A DNA stretch of 46,695 bases from Planctomycetes bacterium UBA4800 (GCA_002402755.1 DHGK01000335.1:11782-58476); one strand, 5' to 3'. Positions 32,789 through 41,851 are shown, counted from the first letter of the stretch. Numbers and translations are program-made. Notes: generated from the letters alone by a model not told the origin.

Positions 32789-35788
32789 TCAATTGCACGG
32801 CTTCTCGCACGGGGGCAGCGTGCTGACCGTCTCCGGGAAGTACGGCTTGCCGTCAGAACTGTCGATGCCGTTGGCATCGTAGGGCGTGCACGTGTTGTTG
32901 GCCGCCGTGACCGTGCCGTGGTCCGGCGCAAGCATCGCCCCCCCGCTGAACAGGTACGCGAGGATCTTGATCGCGTCGGCGATGTCCAGCTTGTTATCGT
33001 CGTTCGCGTCCGCAGCCTTCGCGCACACGGGCGGCGGCTTCAGCCCGCCCCCGAAGAGGTACCCGAGGAGCGTGATCGCATCGGCGATGTCGACCTTGCT
33101 GTCCGTGTTGACGTTGCCCATGAGGATGCTGATCGTGTCGCCCTGGCCCACGGGCAGCGTCACGCCGCAGGAGATGCCCGCCGACTCGACGCCGCCCTTC
33201 ACGGCGACGACGGTGTACGTGTGGGCGCCATCGGGCTGGCCGGCAAGCACCGCCTGGACGGCCGCGCCCGCAAGCGTCGCCAGCACCGCGGCGCCCTCGC
33301 GCACCTCGATCGAATTGTAGGTATCGCCGTTGGTCCAGGTGAGCGTCACATCGTTGCCCGATCCGCGGCAGGCAAGCTGCGAGACCGGGACCGTGGGGGC
33401 GCCGCTCTGGGGAGCCACGGCGCCGTACTTGATCTTGATGAAGTCGATCTCGAACGCGGTCGCGCCATCGGTGCTCATCGCGCCCGCGAGAATCGCGGTG
33501 AAGGGAACGGTCATATCGGCGAAGAGCCCTTCCTCCCAGCGGTCCGCGTTCTCGGGCGCGGTGCGCCAGTCGGGCCTGATGGGGACCGTGTCGCCGTTCA
33601 GGTAGATCGCGCTGTGGTAGGCGCCGTTCCGGTCGGTGTCCTGGGTCATGTACCAGACCGACACCCACTTGCCGGGCTCCAGGCCGTAGATGTCGCCGCC
33701 GTCGCTGACGTCCAGCATGTCATTGACCAGCGACATCCCGAAGGACCGCGAGCCGACCGCGCTGTCGTTTGCGGCCGTGTCGCCGTCGTGGTAGCACAGC
33801 GTGATCATGCCGTGGCTCGAGTCCCGCACCGCCGTGCCGACGGGCGCATCGGCGACATCGCGCGGATCGGGCGTCAGCCGCCACCTGACGTAGATGGTCA
33901 CGCCCTCGGCGTAGCGGCCGCCCGCGGGGTTGGCAGGCGGGGCGAGCAGGCGGCCGAGCATGATCTTGCGGTTGCTCGGATCGGGATACCCGCCCGTGGT
34001 GGGATTGCCCGGGTCCTCGATCGAGAGCGTCTTGATGCTCTGGCCGAACAGGCCCTCCCCGGGCCGGCTGCGGATCTCGACGCCGCCGGGGGCGATGAGG
34101 ACGGGATCGCCGGGCAGCGTGTACACGCCGGGGGCCGAGCCGTCCCACCAGTCGGTCGCGACCGAGCGGATCCACGATCCGTCCAGGCACCCCTCGACGC
34201 CCTTCTGGGCGACGTACATGTCCATGGGATTGGACACGGGATCGTGGGCCTCCGGGTCGTAGACGTAGTCCCAGCCGCCGGCGGGCTCGAGGTAGGGCTC
34301 CTCATCGCGCATCATGACCACGCGGTTGGAGGCGATCGCCCCGCACGGCGTGCCGGCCGCCGGCACCAGCGTCAGTCCGTACGTGACCTCGCCGTCGGCC
34401 GGCGTCAAGGTCGAATCCCAGTACTCGAGCGCAACGGCCGGCAGGTTGTTGTTCAGGGTCACGCCCCCGCGCGAGATCTCGAGGCGCGTCACCGCGTACG
34501 GGAGCGCGCCCCACGCGATGTGCACCGCCGGCGGCAGGCGCGTGTAGTCGACGGTTGCGCGCACGGTGACGCCGGGGCAGTAGCTGACGAAGCACGAGAC
34601 CGCCGGGAGCGGCGCGCCGCCGGCGATCGCCCGCACCCCGTACTGATGCTGGCCGATGACAAGCTCGGTCGTGCTGTAGCTCGCCGACGCGCCGGGCAGC
34701 GCTTCGAGCACCGTGCCGTCCCGCAGCACCTCGATCGCGTCGTAGACCGCGCCGGCGGGCACGGTCCACGTCACGTTGAGCGCCGGCGGGTCCACGGCCG
34801 TGTCGATCGCGCAGCCGAGCCCTGTCGGCGGCGCCTGCGTCTGGCCGGGGCGGAGGAAGCCCACCTTGTAGCCCATGTAATCGAGATCCATGGCCGCGGC
34901 CGTGCCCTTGACCGGAAGCCCGAACGCGATGTAGTCGTCGGGATCGGAGCCTGTCTCATCGCTGCTCAGGGGATCGAAGAGCTCCTGCGCAAAGGCGGGC
35001 GTCGTCGCGCCGTTCAGGTACACCTCGACGCGGTAGGTGTCGAGCGCCGTGAGCAGCACCGCCATCCACACCGTCACGAAGTTCGTGGGGCTGCCGGCGT
35101 AGTTGAGATCGTACTGGTCCATCAGGAAGAGCTTGCCGTCCGGCATGAACGAGATCGATGCGTTGATGTCGGACTGGTCGACCACGCTGAGCATGCCCTT
35201 GCCGCGATTGGCGGCCTCGGTGACAAATCCCGCGCTCACCCAGTTCTGGCCGGCGGGCGGCAGCGCATCCCTGGGGTCCGGCGTGAGGCGCCACCTCGCG
35301 ATCACGGTCACGCCCTGCTTGATGCTGGCCAGGTTCGTCGTCTGGCCCGGGAGCCACACGGGATGCAGGAAGTAGACGGCCTCGTTGGCCGGCGTCGTCC
35401 ACGCGAAGTTGAAGGGATTGCCGGTCGCGACGGTCGTGTCGCCCGCGACTTCCAGCGCAAGCACCGTCGCGTTTCCGCCGCCATCGCCGAGCCCGGCGCG
35501 CACCAGGAGCTCCGCGCCGCCGGGCGCGTCGCCGGCCGGATCGGCGAGGCTGTACTGCCCGGGCAGGCTGCCGTCCCAGAAGTAGGTCTCGATGCCGCCC
35601 ATCCACTCGCCGTTCAGGAGGCCCGTGATCATGGTGCCGGAGAGCGCGACATACTGCGCCTCCCCGGCATTGGCCTCGTACACGTAGTCCCACCCGCCGG
35701 GCGGATCCTGCCAGCCGCCGCGGCCGAGCGCCGTTCCCGCACCGATGCCGACCGCGATGAGAACCGCCGCAAGACTCCCTCTCCGCAT
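32789..35788 (-). CDS. Secreted protein with duplicated LamG-like + Fn3-like modules, C-terminal dockerin and Cys-containing tail
   Basis: 999 aa; AAGGAG RBS; signal 'MRRGSLAAVLIAVGIGAGTALG'; internal duplication (aa ~25-315 vs ~500-792: 'GGWDYVYEAN..' / 'GGWDYVYDPE..'; 'VTVIARWRLTPDPRD' / 'VTIYVRWRLTPDPRD'); dockerin 'GNVNTDSKVDIADAITLLGYLF' + 'ADANDDNKLDIADAIKILAYLF'. Confidence 0.85.
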   Translation of the reverse strand: MRRGSLAAVLIAVGIGAGTALGRGGWQDPPGGWDYVYEANAGEAQYVALSGTMITGLLNGEWMGGIETYFWDGSLPGQYSLADPAGDAPGGAELLVRAGLGDGGGNATVLALEVAGDTTVATGNPFNFAWTTPANEAVYFLHPVWLPGQTTNLASIKQGVTVIARWRLTPDPRDALPPAGQNWVSAGFVTEAANRGKGMLSVVDQSDINASISFMPDGKLFLMDQYDLNYAGSPTNFVTVWMAVLLTALDTYRVEVYLNGATTPAFAQELFDPLSSDETGSDPDDYIAFGLPVKGTAAAMDLDYMGYKVGFLRPGQTQAPPTGLGCAIDTAVDPPALNVTWTVPAGAVYDAIEVLRDGTVLEALPGASASYSTTELVIGQHQYGVRAIAGGAPLPAVSCFVSYCPGVTVRATVDYTRLPPAVHIAWGALPYAVTRLEISRGGVTLNNNLPAVALEYWDSTLTPADGEVTYGLTLVPAAGTPCGAIASNRVVMMRDEEPYLEPAGGWDYVYDPEAHDPVSNPMDMYVAQKGVEGCLDGSWIRSVATDWWDGSAPGVYTLPGDPVLIAPGGVEIRSRPGEGLFGQSIKTLSIEDPGNPTTGGYPDPSNRKIMLGRLLAPPANPAGGRYAEGVTIYVRWRLTPDPRDVADAPVGTAVRDSSHGMITLCYHDGDTAANDSAVGSRSFGMSLVNDMLDVSDGGDIYGLEPGKWVSVWYMTQDTDRNGAYHSAIYLNGDTVPIRPDWRTAPENADRWEEGLFADMTVPFTAILAGAMSTDGATAFEIDFIKIKYGAVAPQSGAPTVPVSQLACRGSGNDVTLTWTNGDTYNSIEVREGAAVLATLAGAAVQAVLAGQPDGAHTYTVVAVKGGVESAGISCGVTLPVGQGDTISILMGNVNTDSKVDIADAITLLGYLFGGGLKPPPVCAKAADANDDNKLDIADAIKILAYLFSGGAMLAPDHGTVTAANNTCTPYDANGIDSSDGKPYFPETVSTLPPCEKPCN
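32939..33136 (-). other. Dockerin module of the 999-aa protein, approximate bounds
   Basis: aa ~885-950; two Ca-loop/helix repeats; the second repeat nearly matches the second repeat of the 381-aa protein ('DAIKILAYLF' in both). Confidence 0.8.
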
Positions 35789-35937
35789 GATGACTCCTTT
35801 TCCGGCTCCGGCCCCGGGATCCCAGCCCCGCTTTCAACCCATGCTCCTCGCGCGTGCGAGCGCGGGCGCGAACACCCTGCCCGCGCAACCCGCTCCCGGA
35901 CGCCTGCAACGCCGAATGAGAACACCTTACGGGATCT

Positions 35938-35966
35938 ATTGTACAGGGGGAGGCAGGCCCGTGCAA
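35938..35966 (-). promoter_or_regulatory. sigma70-like promoter of the LamG/dockerin gene
   Basis: Minus strand: TTGCAC (35966-35961), 17-nt spacer, TACAAT (35943-35938); implies a GC-rich 5' UTR of about 140 nt. Confidence 0.45.
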
Positions 35967-35994
35967 AGTACGCATCGCCCGCTGCGCGAGGATC

Positions 35995-37407
35995 TCACGC
36001 CGGGGCGCCGGACTGGGTTCGGGCCTGCAGCGCGGCGGCGCTGCAGGCGATTTCCAGGCGGTAGCCGCCGCCGGGCAGCTTCTCGGCCGTGTCGACGATC
36101 ATCGGCCGATCCGGAACGCCCCCATCGGCATCGCGCGTCACGTGCACGACGGGGTGGGCGGCATCGCACGGGTTCGTCGTCGCGACCGCGCCCTCGGAGC
36201 CGTCGGTGAGGCGCACCGGCGTTCCGGGCGGGAAGATGCCGAAATGACGGAGGAACAGATCCACGCAAAGCGGATTGAATTCGCTGCCCACGCCGCGAAG
36301 CAGCACATCGGCCGCGCGCTCGGGCGTGAAGGGCTTCTTGTACGGCCGCTTGGCGGTCAGGGCCTCGTAGACGTCGATCACGTTGACGAGCTGCGTCAGC
36401 GGATCGACCGTGATCGGCATCGCGAGCGAGGGGTACCCCTGCTGGTCGTAGCGCAGGTGATGCCCGAAGGCCACGTTGATCGCGATCTCGGCCGCGCCCT
36501 GCGCTTCCATGAGAATCTTGGCGCCCAGCACGGGATGCTGGCGCATCACCGTCCATTCGGCATCGCTCAGCGCTCCCGGCTTGAAGAGCACCTCGTCCGG
36601 AATCAGGATCTTGCCCACGTCGTGGAGCAGGGCCGCCTGGGCGACGGCGACGAGCTCCTTCTTGTCGGTCATCAACTGCTCGGCGACCGCCGTCGCGTAG
36701 ATGCAGGCGTTCACCGAGTGGTTGAACGTGTAGCTGTCGTAGTCCTTCACCGATGCCATGGCGACGAAGCCGTTGCGGTCCCTGGCGAGCGCGTCGGTGA
36801 GCCTCACGGCGATGTCCTGCGTCTGGGTCAGCGACACCTTGCGGTCGCGCTTGAGGTTGCCGACGAAGTCGCGGATGCCGCCGAGGGCCCAGGTGTAGAC
36901 CTCGACGCACGGCTCGCCGGATTCCGCAATGCAGTCCTCGCGCGGGGGCGCGGGCTCGCGGCCCGACGATGCCGCCTCCTGCGGCGGCGCCTCGCGGAGG
37001 GGCTTGACCTGAAGGGCGGCGTGCACAATCTCCCGGTGGGCCAGCAGCGCGTTGAACTCCTCGGCCGAGCGCGTGCGCGCCTGGAGCAGCGCCTTGACCA
37101 GCGCCACGATCTCGTCGGCCGTGATGCCGCGCGAGAAGCGTATCCCGAAGCCGCCGCGCTCGCCGATCACATCCATCAACCGGTGCGCGCGCACGCTCAG
37201 ATCGTACAGCGGCGCCCCGTCGACGATCAGAAGCCCCTTCACGACGCCGAGGACGAAGCTCTCGCGGCCCTGGAAGTGCAGGTCGAGCGCGGCGGCGGCC
37301 TCCTTCGACGCCTCGGCGACGCGCCGGTGCTCGGGGAAGTACACCGTGCCGTTCATGAGCGCGACGGAGAGCGCCTGCACGATCCTGTCGGCCGGCTCAC
37401 TGTGCAT
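35995..37407 (-). CDS. HD-GYP domain protein (c-di-GMP phosphodiesterase family) with N-terminal sensor-like module
   Basis: 470 aa from ATG 37407; 'HSVNACIYA', 'AALLHDVGKILIP', 'MRQHPVLGAKIL', 'GHHLRYDQQGYPS' = HD...GYP motifs; start overlaps the upstream gene's 3' end by 11 nt. Confidence 0.85.
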   Translation of the reverse strand: MHSEPADRIVQALSVALMNGTVYFPEHRRVAEASKEAAAALDLHFQGRESFVLGVVKGLLIVDGAPLYDLSVRAHRLMDVIGERGGFGIRFSRGITADEIVALVKALLQARTRSAEEFNALLAHREIVHAALQVKPLREAPPQEAASSGREPAPPREDCIAESGEPCVEVYTWALGGIRDFVGNLKRDRKVSLTQTQDIAVRLTDALARDRNGFVAMASVKDYDSYTFNHSVNACIYATAVAEQLMTDKKELVAVAQAALLHDVGKILIPDEVLFKPGALSDAEWTVMRQHPVLGAKILMEAQGAAEIAINVAFGHHLRYDQQGYPSLAMPITVDPLTQLVNVIDVYEALTAKRPYKKPFTPERAADVLLRGVGSEFNPLCVDLFLRHFGIFPPGTPVRLTDGSEGAVATTNPCDAAHPVVHVTRDADGGVPDRPMIVDTAEKLPGGGYRLEIACSAAALQARTQSGAPA

Positions 37408-39649
37408 TGCGCTCCTCCTCCGACAGCCGCGGGCGCTGCGTGAGCCGCGCCTGCACCGTCTCCGCCACGGACCTGGCCTGGGCCCGCAGCTCGCGCCCCT
37501 TCGCCGAGAAGAAGAGGCGCCAGTCGCCGGAGATCGCCCGCACGACATCGAGGCACCGCGCCGTGCCCAGGCGCCGCAGCGACCCGAGGCACGCCTGCTG
37601 CTCCTCGATGTCCGCCTTGCCGGCGCGCCCGCCGCGGAGCTGATCGGCCAGGATCTCCTCGGCCATCGTGTTGGTCGAGTAGCCGAGCATCTTGATGATC
37701 GTCACGCGCACATGGAGATCGGCGGTCGCAAGCTCGCAGGAGAGCACGCGGAGCGCCTCGCGGTTGTCGATCTCGATCAGCCGCGTGATGAGCCGGTGGC
37801 GGGCATCCGACCCCACGCGCGGAAACAGCCGCTCGATCGCGTCCACGGCCGCGGGCGAGCCGCAGGCGAGCACGCACCCCACGATGCGCTCGAGGCGGCC
37901 GGACCGCGTTTCGGCGGCGACCTTCATCGCGAGGAACCTGCACAGATCCTCGTCGCACAGCGGACAGAACTCCTGCAGCCGCGCCTCCGGCATCTCGGCG
38001 CTGCGAGTCAGCAGCAGCGTGCCGAACGCCTGCGCGAACACGGCGCGCGCGCGCTTCGCGACGGCCCTGAGCGCCACGTACCACACCATTTCGTTCGCAT
38101 CGATGAGACGGCCGAGCGCCCACGTGCAGACGGCCGGCTCTTCCGCCAGGATCGTCCGGTCCGAGTCCCGCAGCATCATGCCGCCGGCCTCCGTGACGCC
38201 CGTCATGAGCGCCGCGCCCTCCTGCGCGTCCGACTCCAGGTTCCTGTTCAGGAACGCCGCCAGGCGCCGCCCGATGCCGTCGCGCGCCGCGGCATCCTGC
38301 TCGCGTTCCACGAGCGCGAGCAGGGTGTCCCGGTGGCCGAGCTTGACCTTCGCGGGATCGAGCCTGAGCATCGCGCCGTTGCATTTCTCGGTCAGCGCCG
38401 CGAGGCCGCGCACGACATCCGCGATCGTCGCATCGGGGGGAACGCCGGCGCGCTTCGCGGGCGGCGCGGCCGCAGGCGCCTTCCCGGGCGGCGCGGCCGG
38501 CGTCATTCCCGGCGCGGCGGCCGGCGCCGCCGCGGGCGCCGCGCCGGGCACTTCGAGCGTCGTCATGACCGACGTGCCGAGACGGATGCTCCGCGCCGCG
38601 CCGCTGGTGCGGCTGAAGATGGCGCGGAGCGCCTCGGCGCTGCCCTCGCCGTTCTGCGTCCGCACCGACCGCGAGTCGCTGAGCCAGTGCCGCACGGCAT
38701 CGCGCGATCCGAAGAGCGTCGTGGCCACGGTGCTCAGCGTCTGCTCCTGGGACGCCACGGCCGCGCGCACGGCCGCGCTCGCCAGATCGGTCTTCATCCT
38801 GTCGAGCAGCGCCGCGATCTGGGCCTTCCGGGGAAGCGTGAGCTCGGCGCCGTCGGCGCTCGCGGCGCCGAGCTCGCGCACGAGCAGGAGCAGCACGTCG
38901 CTGGCGCGCACCTGGGTCGTCGCCCGGACGCCCTCCGCCGCCGCGTCGCTTCCTCCCACGAGCGCGCCGAGCGCGCCGAGCTTCTCCCGTATCGCGCCGT
39001 CGGCCAGGAGCTCCTTCAGAAGCCGGCGCTCATCGGCGCTGACGCGCTGCTCGGCGAACTTCCCGAGAACCTCCTCCGGCTTCCCCGCCGCGTTGCAGCG
39101 CGCCAGGGTGCGCACGAGCTCGACATCGCTGGGGTCCTCGACGTACCGCTGCATGTCGTACGAGAACTCCATGACGGTGATCGCGGCCGCGTTCGCCCCG
39201 GCGATGACCGCGGCCGCCCCGCCGCGCGCCTTGAGCTCGGCGGGATCGAGCAGCAGAATATCGGCGACCGCGGCCAGGTCCTCCGCCCTCACGCCGGGCG
39301 CGGCGGCGACGTGGCGCACGAGGCGCCGGATGAACTCGGCGGTGAGCTCGGCCGCGAAGGGCTCGCGGTCGTCGAGCCGCCGGCCCGCGATGATGAGCGC
39401 ATCGGGCTCGACGTACAGCGTCAGCTCCGGGACTGCGGCGAGGATCTCGACCGCCGCCCGGTGCCAGGCGTCGAGCTGCGCGACGGGGCGCGCGTGTCCC
39501 GGCGGGTAGAGCTTCCTGCTCTTGACGTAGCCGAGGAGGCGGCGGAGGAACTCGCGCAGGAGGCGGAGCTCGGGGCCGGCCGGCCCGCCTTCCCCCGCGG
39601 GCTCCGCCCCGCCGGAACGCTCGCGCTGGTCACGATTGTGGATGATCAT
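37397..39649 (-). CDS. Large cytoplasmic protein: N-terminal module paralogous to the HD-GYP protein's N-terminus, central Ala-rich region, C-terminal HEAT-like repeats
   Basis: 750 aa from ATG 39649; 'YVKSRKLYPPGHARP...LTLYVEPDALIIAGRRL' parallels 'NGTVYFPEHRRV...FVLGVVKGLLIVDGAPL' of the next gene; C-terminal 'AVDAIERLFPRVGSDARHRLITRLIEIDNREALRVL..' HEAT-like. Confidence 0.7.
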   Translation of the reverse strand: MIIHNRDQRERSGGAEPAGEGGPAGPELRLLREFLRRLLGYVKSRKLYPPGHARPVAQLDAWHRAAVEILAAVPELTLYVEPDALIIAGRRLDDREPFAAELTAEFIRRLVRHVAAAPGVRAEDLAAVADILLLDPAELKARGGAAAVIAGANAAAITVMEFSYDMQRYVEDPSDVELVRTLARCNAAGKPEEVLGKFAEQRVSADERRLLKELLADGAIREKLGALGALVGGSDAAAEGVRATTQVRASDVLLLLVRELGAASADGAELTLPRKAQIAALLDRMKTDLASAAVRAAVASQEQTLSTVATTLFGSRDAVRHWLSDSRSVRTQNGEGSAEALRAIFSRTSGAARSIRLGTSVMTTLEVPGAAPAAAPAAAPGMTPAAPPGKAPAAAPPAKRAGVPPDATIADVVRGLAALTEKCNGAMLRLDPAKVKLGHRDTLLALVEREQDAAARDGIGRRLAAFLNRNLESDAQEGAALMTGVTEAGGMMLRDSDRTILAEEPAVCTWALGRLIDANEMVWYVALRAVAKRARAVFAQAFGTLLLTRSAEMPEARLQEFCPLCDEDLCRFLAMKVAAETRSGRLERIVGCVLACGSPAAVDAIERLFPRVGSDARHRLITRLIEIDNREALRVLSCELATADLHVRVTIIKMLGYSTNTMAEEILADQLRGGRAGKADIEEQQACLGSLRRLGTARCLDVVRAISGDWRLFFSAKGRELRAQARSVAETVQARLTQRPRLSEEERNAQ

Positions 39650-39981
39650 GCCGTCGATGCACTCGGACCCTGCGCGGCCGGCGGCGCACCCGGAGATGCG
39701 GGGCGGCCGCGCATCCTGTCTCCCCTTACCGCAGAATAATGCCGTGCGCGGCGACATCCGTCACATCGCCGCGACGCGGCGCGGCGGCGGCGCGCCGCGT
39801 GCGCGCGCGGGCGGAGCGCGCACCGGCGTTTCCGCGCGGGGCGCGCCTGCCACGGACCGGGAATCCGATGCCCCCGGGCGGCGCGCCGAGCCGTGCAACG
39901 CATCACGAAAACGGTTATTCTTGAGGCTATCCCGCGTGTTTCGGGAACATGGGAGAGCGGCCGAGCTTCCGAGGAGGAGCC

Positions 39982-40923
39982 ATGAAGACCTCGCGGCGAT
40001 CGTTCATGCACCGGACCGGGGCGCTCGCGGCAGCGGGCGCGCTGCCTGCGGCACCGCTCTTCGGGGGAGCGGCTCCCGCGCGCGAGCCCATCGCGCGGCA
40101 GGGCCCGCCGTCGATCAAGGTGAGCTGCTGCGCGTACTCGCTGCGCCAGTACCTCTCCGGCGGGAGCCCGTCCATGACCATGGACGATTTCCTCGTCTGG
40201 GCGGCCGGACTGGACCTGGACGGCGTCGAGCTCACCAGCTACTACTTCCCGCCCGATGCCGATGCCGCCTACTTCAACCGCCTCAAGCGGCGGGCGTTCC
40301 TGCTGGGGCTCGACGTGTCGGCCACGGCGGTCGGCAACAACTTCTGCGTGCCGGCCGGCCCCCAGCGCGACAAGGAGATCGCGGCGGTGAAGCGCGGCGT
40401 CGACTGGGCGGTCATGCTCGGCGCGCCCTGCGTGCGCGTGTTCGCGGGCGGCGCTCCCAGGGACGTGCGCGAGGACACGGCCAGGCAGTGGGTCATCGAG
40501 GGCATCGAGGCGTGCTGCGCGTACGCCGGCGAGCGCGGCGTCATGCTGGCGCTCGAGAACCACGGCGGCCTCACGGCCGATGCGGCCGGCGTGCTCGCGA
40601 TCGTCGAGGGCGTCGCGTCCCCCTGGTTCGGCCTCAACTTCGACTCGGGCAACTTCCACTCCGAGGATCCGTACGCCGAGCTCGCGCGCATCGCCCCGCA
40701 CGCGATCACGACGCACATCAAGGTCGCGGTGTCGGCCAAGGGCAGGCCGCCCGAGGAGGTCGACATCGGGCGCGTGTTCTCCATTCTGAGAAACGCCGGC
40801 TTCCGCGGCTACGCGGCGCTCGAGTACGAGGGCAAGAACGAGCCCAGGGCGGACTCGGCCAAGTACCTGCGCGCCATGCAGGCGGCGGCGCGCGCCGCGC
40901 CCGCGGGCGGCGCTCGCTCGTAG
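39982..40923 (+). CDS. Tat-exported sugar phosphate isomerase/epimerase (xylose-isomerase-like TIM barrel)
   Basis: 313 aa from ATG 39982 (GGAGGAG RBS); 'SRRSFMHRTGALAAAGAL' Tat signal; 'VRVFAGG', 'LALENHGG', 'LNFDSGNF', 'YAALEYEG'. Confidence 0.8.
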   Translation: MKTSRRSFMHRTGALAAAGALPAAPLFGGAAPAREPIARQGPPSIKVSCCAYSLRQYLSGGSPSMTMDDFLVWAAGLDLDGVELTSYYFPPDADAAYFNRLKRRAFLLGLDVSATAVGNNFCVPAGPQRDKEIAAVKRGVDWAVMLGAPCVRVFAGGAPRDVREDTARQWVIEGIEACCAYAGERGVMLALENHGGLTADAAGVLAIVEGVASPWFGLNFDSGNFHSEDPYAELARIAPHAITTHIKVAVSAKGRPPEEVDIGRVFSILRNAGFRGYAALEYEGKNEPRADSAKYLRAMQAAARAAPAGGARS

Positions 40924-40924
40924 C

Positions 40925-41800
40925 ATGCGATTCCGGCTCGAATGCGTCGAGTGCATCGTCCGCCAGGCGCGGAGGACGGCCGAGAGGTGCACGCCCGACC
41001 CCGCGCGCAGGCTCGCGATCATCAAGGAGACAATGCGCCGCCTGTGCGCGGACCCGCTCGACCGGTCGCCGGCCGAGCATTCTCTCGCCGCCTACGCTGC
41101 GGCGGCGGAGCTCTCCGGCGTCGCGGACCCGTTCCGCGAGAGCAAGGCCGAGCAGAACGCCATCGCGCTCGCCATGTATCCCGCGCTCCGCGAGCGCGTC
41201 GCGCGCTCGCCGGACCCGCTCCGCACGGCCGCGAAGCTGGCCGTCGCCGGCAACGTCGTCGACCTGGGCGTCGGGCTCGCGTTCGATGTGCGCGAGGAGG
41301 TCGAGAAGGTGCTCGGCGGCACGCTCGCCGTGGATCACTTCGCGCGCTTCAAGGAGGAGCTCGCCTCGGCGCGCACGCTGCTCTTTCTGTGCGACAACTG
41401 CGGCGAGATCGTGTTCGACAGGCTCTTCATCGAGACCGTGCGCGCGCATTTCCCCGCGCTGCGGGTGTTCGCCGCCGTCAAGGGCGCCCCCATCATCAAC
41501 GATGCGACGCTGGACGATGCGGCCGCCGTGGGGCTCGCCGCGGCGGCCGAGGTCGTCTCGACGGGCTGCGCCTGCATTGGCGCGCCGCGCGCCGCCATCG
41601 CCCCCCGCCTCGTCGAGCTTCTCGATTCCTGCGACCTGGTCATCGCCAAGGGCCAGGGGAACTTCGAGACGGCCGGCGGCCCGCCGCGCCCGATGTACTT
41701 CCTGCTCAAGGCCAAGTGCCCCTGCATCGCCGAGGAGCTCGGCGTGCGCTTCGGCGATGTCGTCTTCATGCGGCGGCCCGCGCCCGCGCCGGAGGCGTGA
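40925..41800 (+). CDS. DUF89/ARMT1-like metal-dependent phosphatase ('damage-control' phosphatase family)
   Basis: 291 aa; N-terminal 'CVECIVRQ', 'LFLCDNCGEIVFD', 'VIAKGQGNFE' = DUF89 D-N-x-G-E and K-G-x-x-N-x-E motifs; begins 1 nt after the upstream stop. Confidence 0.8.
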   Translation: MRFRLECVECIVRQARRTAERCTPDPARRLAIIKETMRRLCADPLDRSPAEHSLAAYAAAAELSGVADPFRESKAEQNAIALAMYPALRERVARSPDPLRTAAKLAVAGNVVDLGVGLAFDVREEVEKVLGGTLAVDHFARFKEELASARTLLFLCDNCGEIVFDRLFIETVRAHFPALRVFAAVKGAPIINDATLDDAAAVGLAAAAEVVSTGCACIGAPRAAIAPRLVELLDSCDLVIAKGQGNFETAGGPPRPMYFLLKAKCPCIAEELGVRFGDVVFMRRPAPAPEA

Positions 41801-41851
41801 CGGCGGCCGCCGGCTCTGCTACAATGAGCGTGCACTCGGGAGCACCGAACC

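Noticed and set aside
35789-35937. c-di-GMP riboswitch (GEMM-type) in the ~140-nt 5' UTR of the LamG/dockerin gene, suggested by the HD-GYP gene immediately upstream.
   Set aside because: I could not find the conserved GEMM-I features (GNRA tetraloop/receptor pairing, 'ACGCAAAGC'-like core) or a GEMM-II-like pseudoknot by eye. The region is merely GC-rich. An Infernal scan would be needed for a definitive answer.
28997-36064. Two >1,000-aa plus-strand ORFs (28997-32152, 32627-36064) and 37052-39739(+) opposite the surface-protein/HD-GYP array.
   Set aside because: Same shadow-ORF artefact. Their sequences are R/A/G/H/D-rich without domain structure, whereas the minus-strand frames show repeated Ig-like, LamG, dockerin and HD-GYP motifs.
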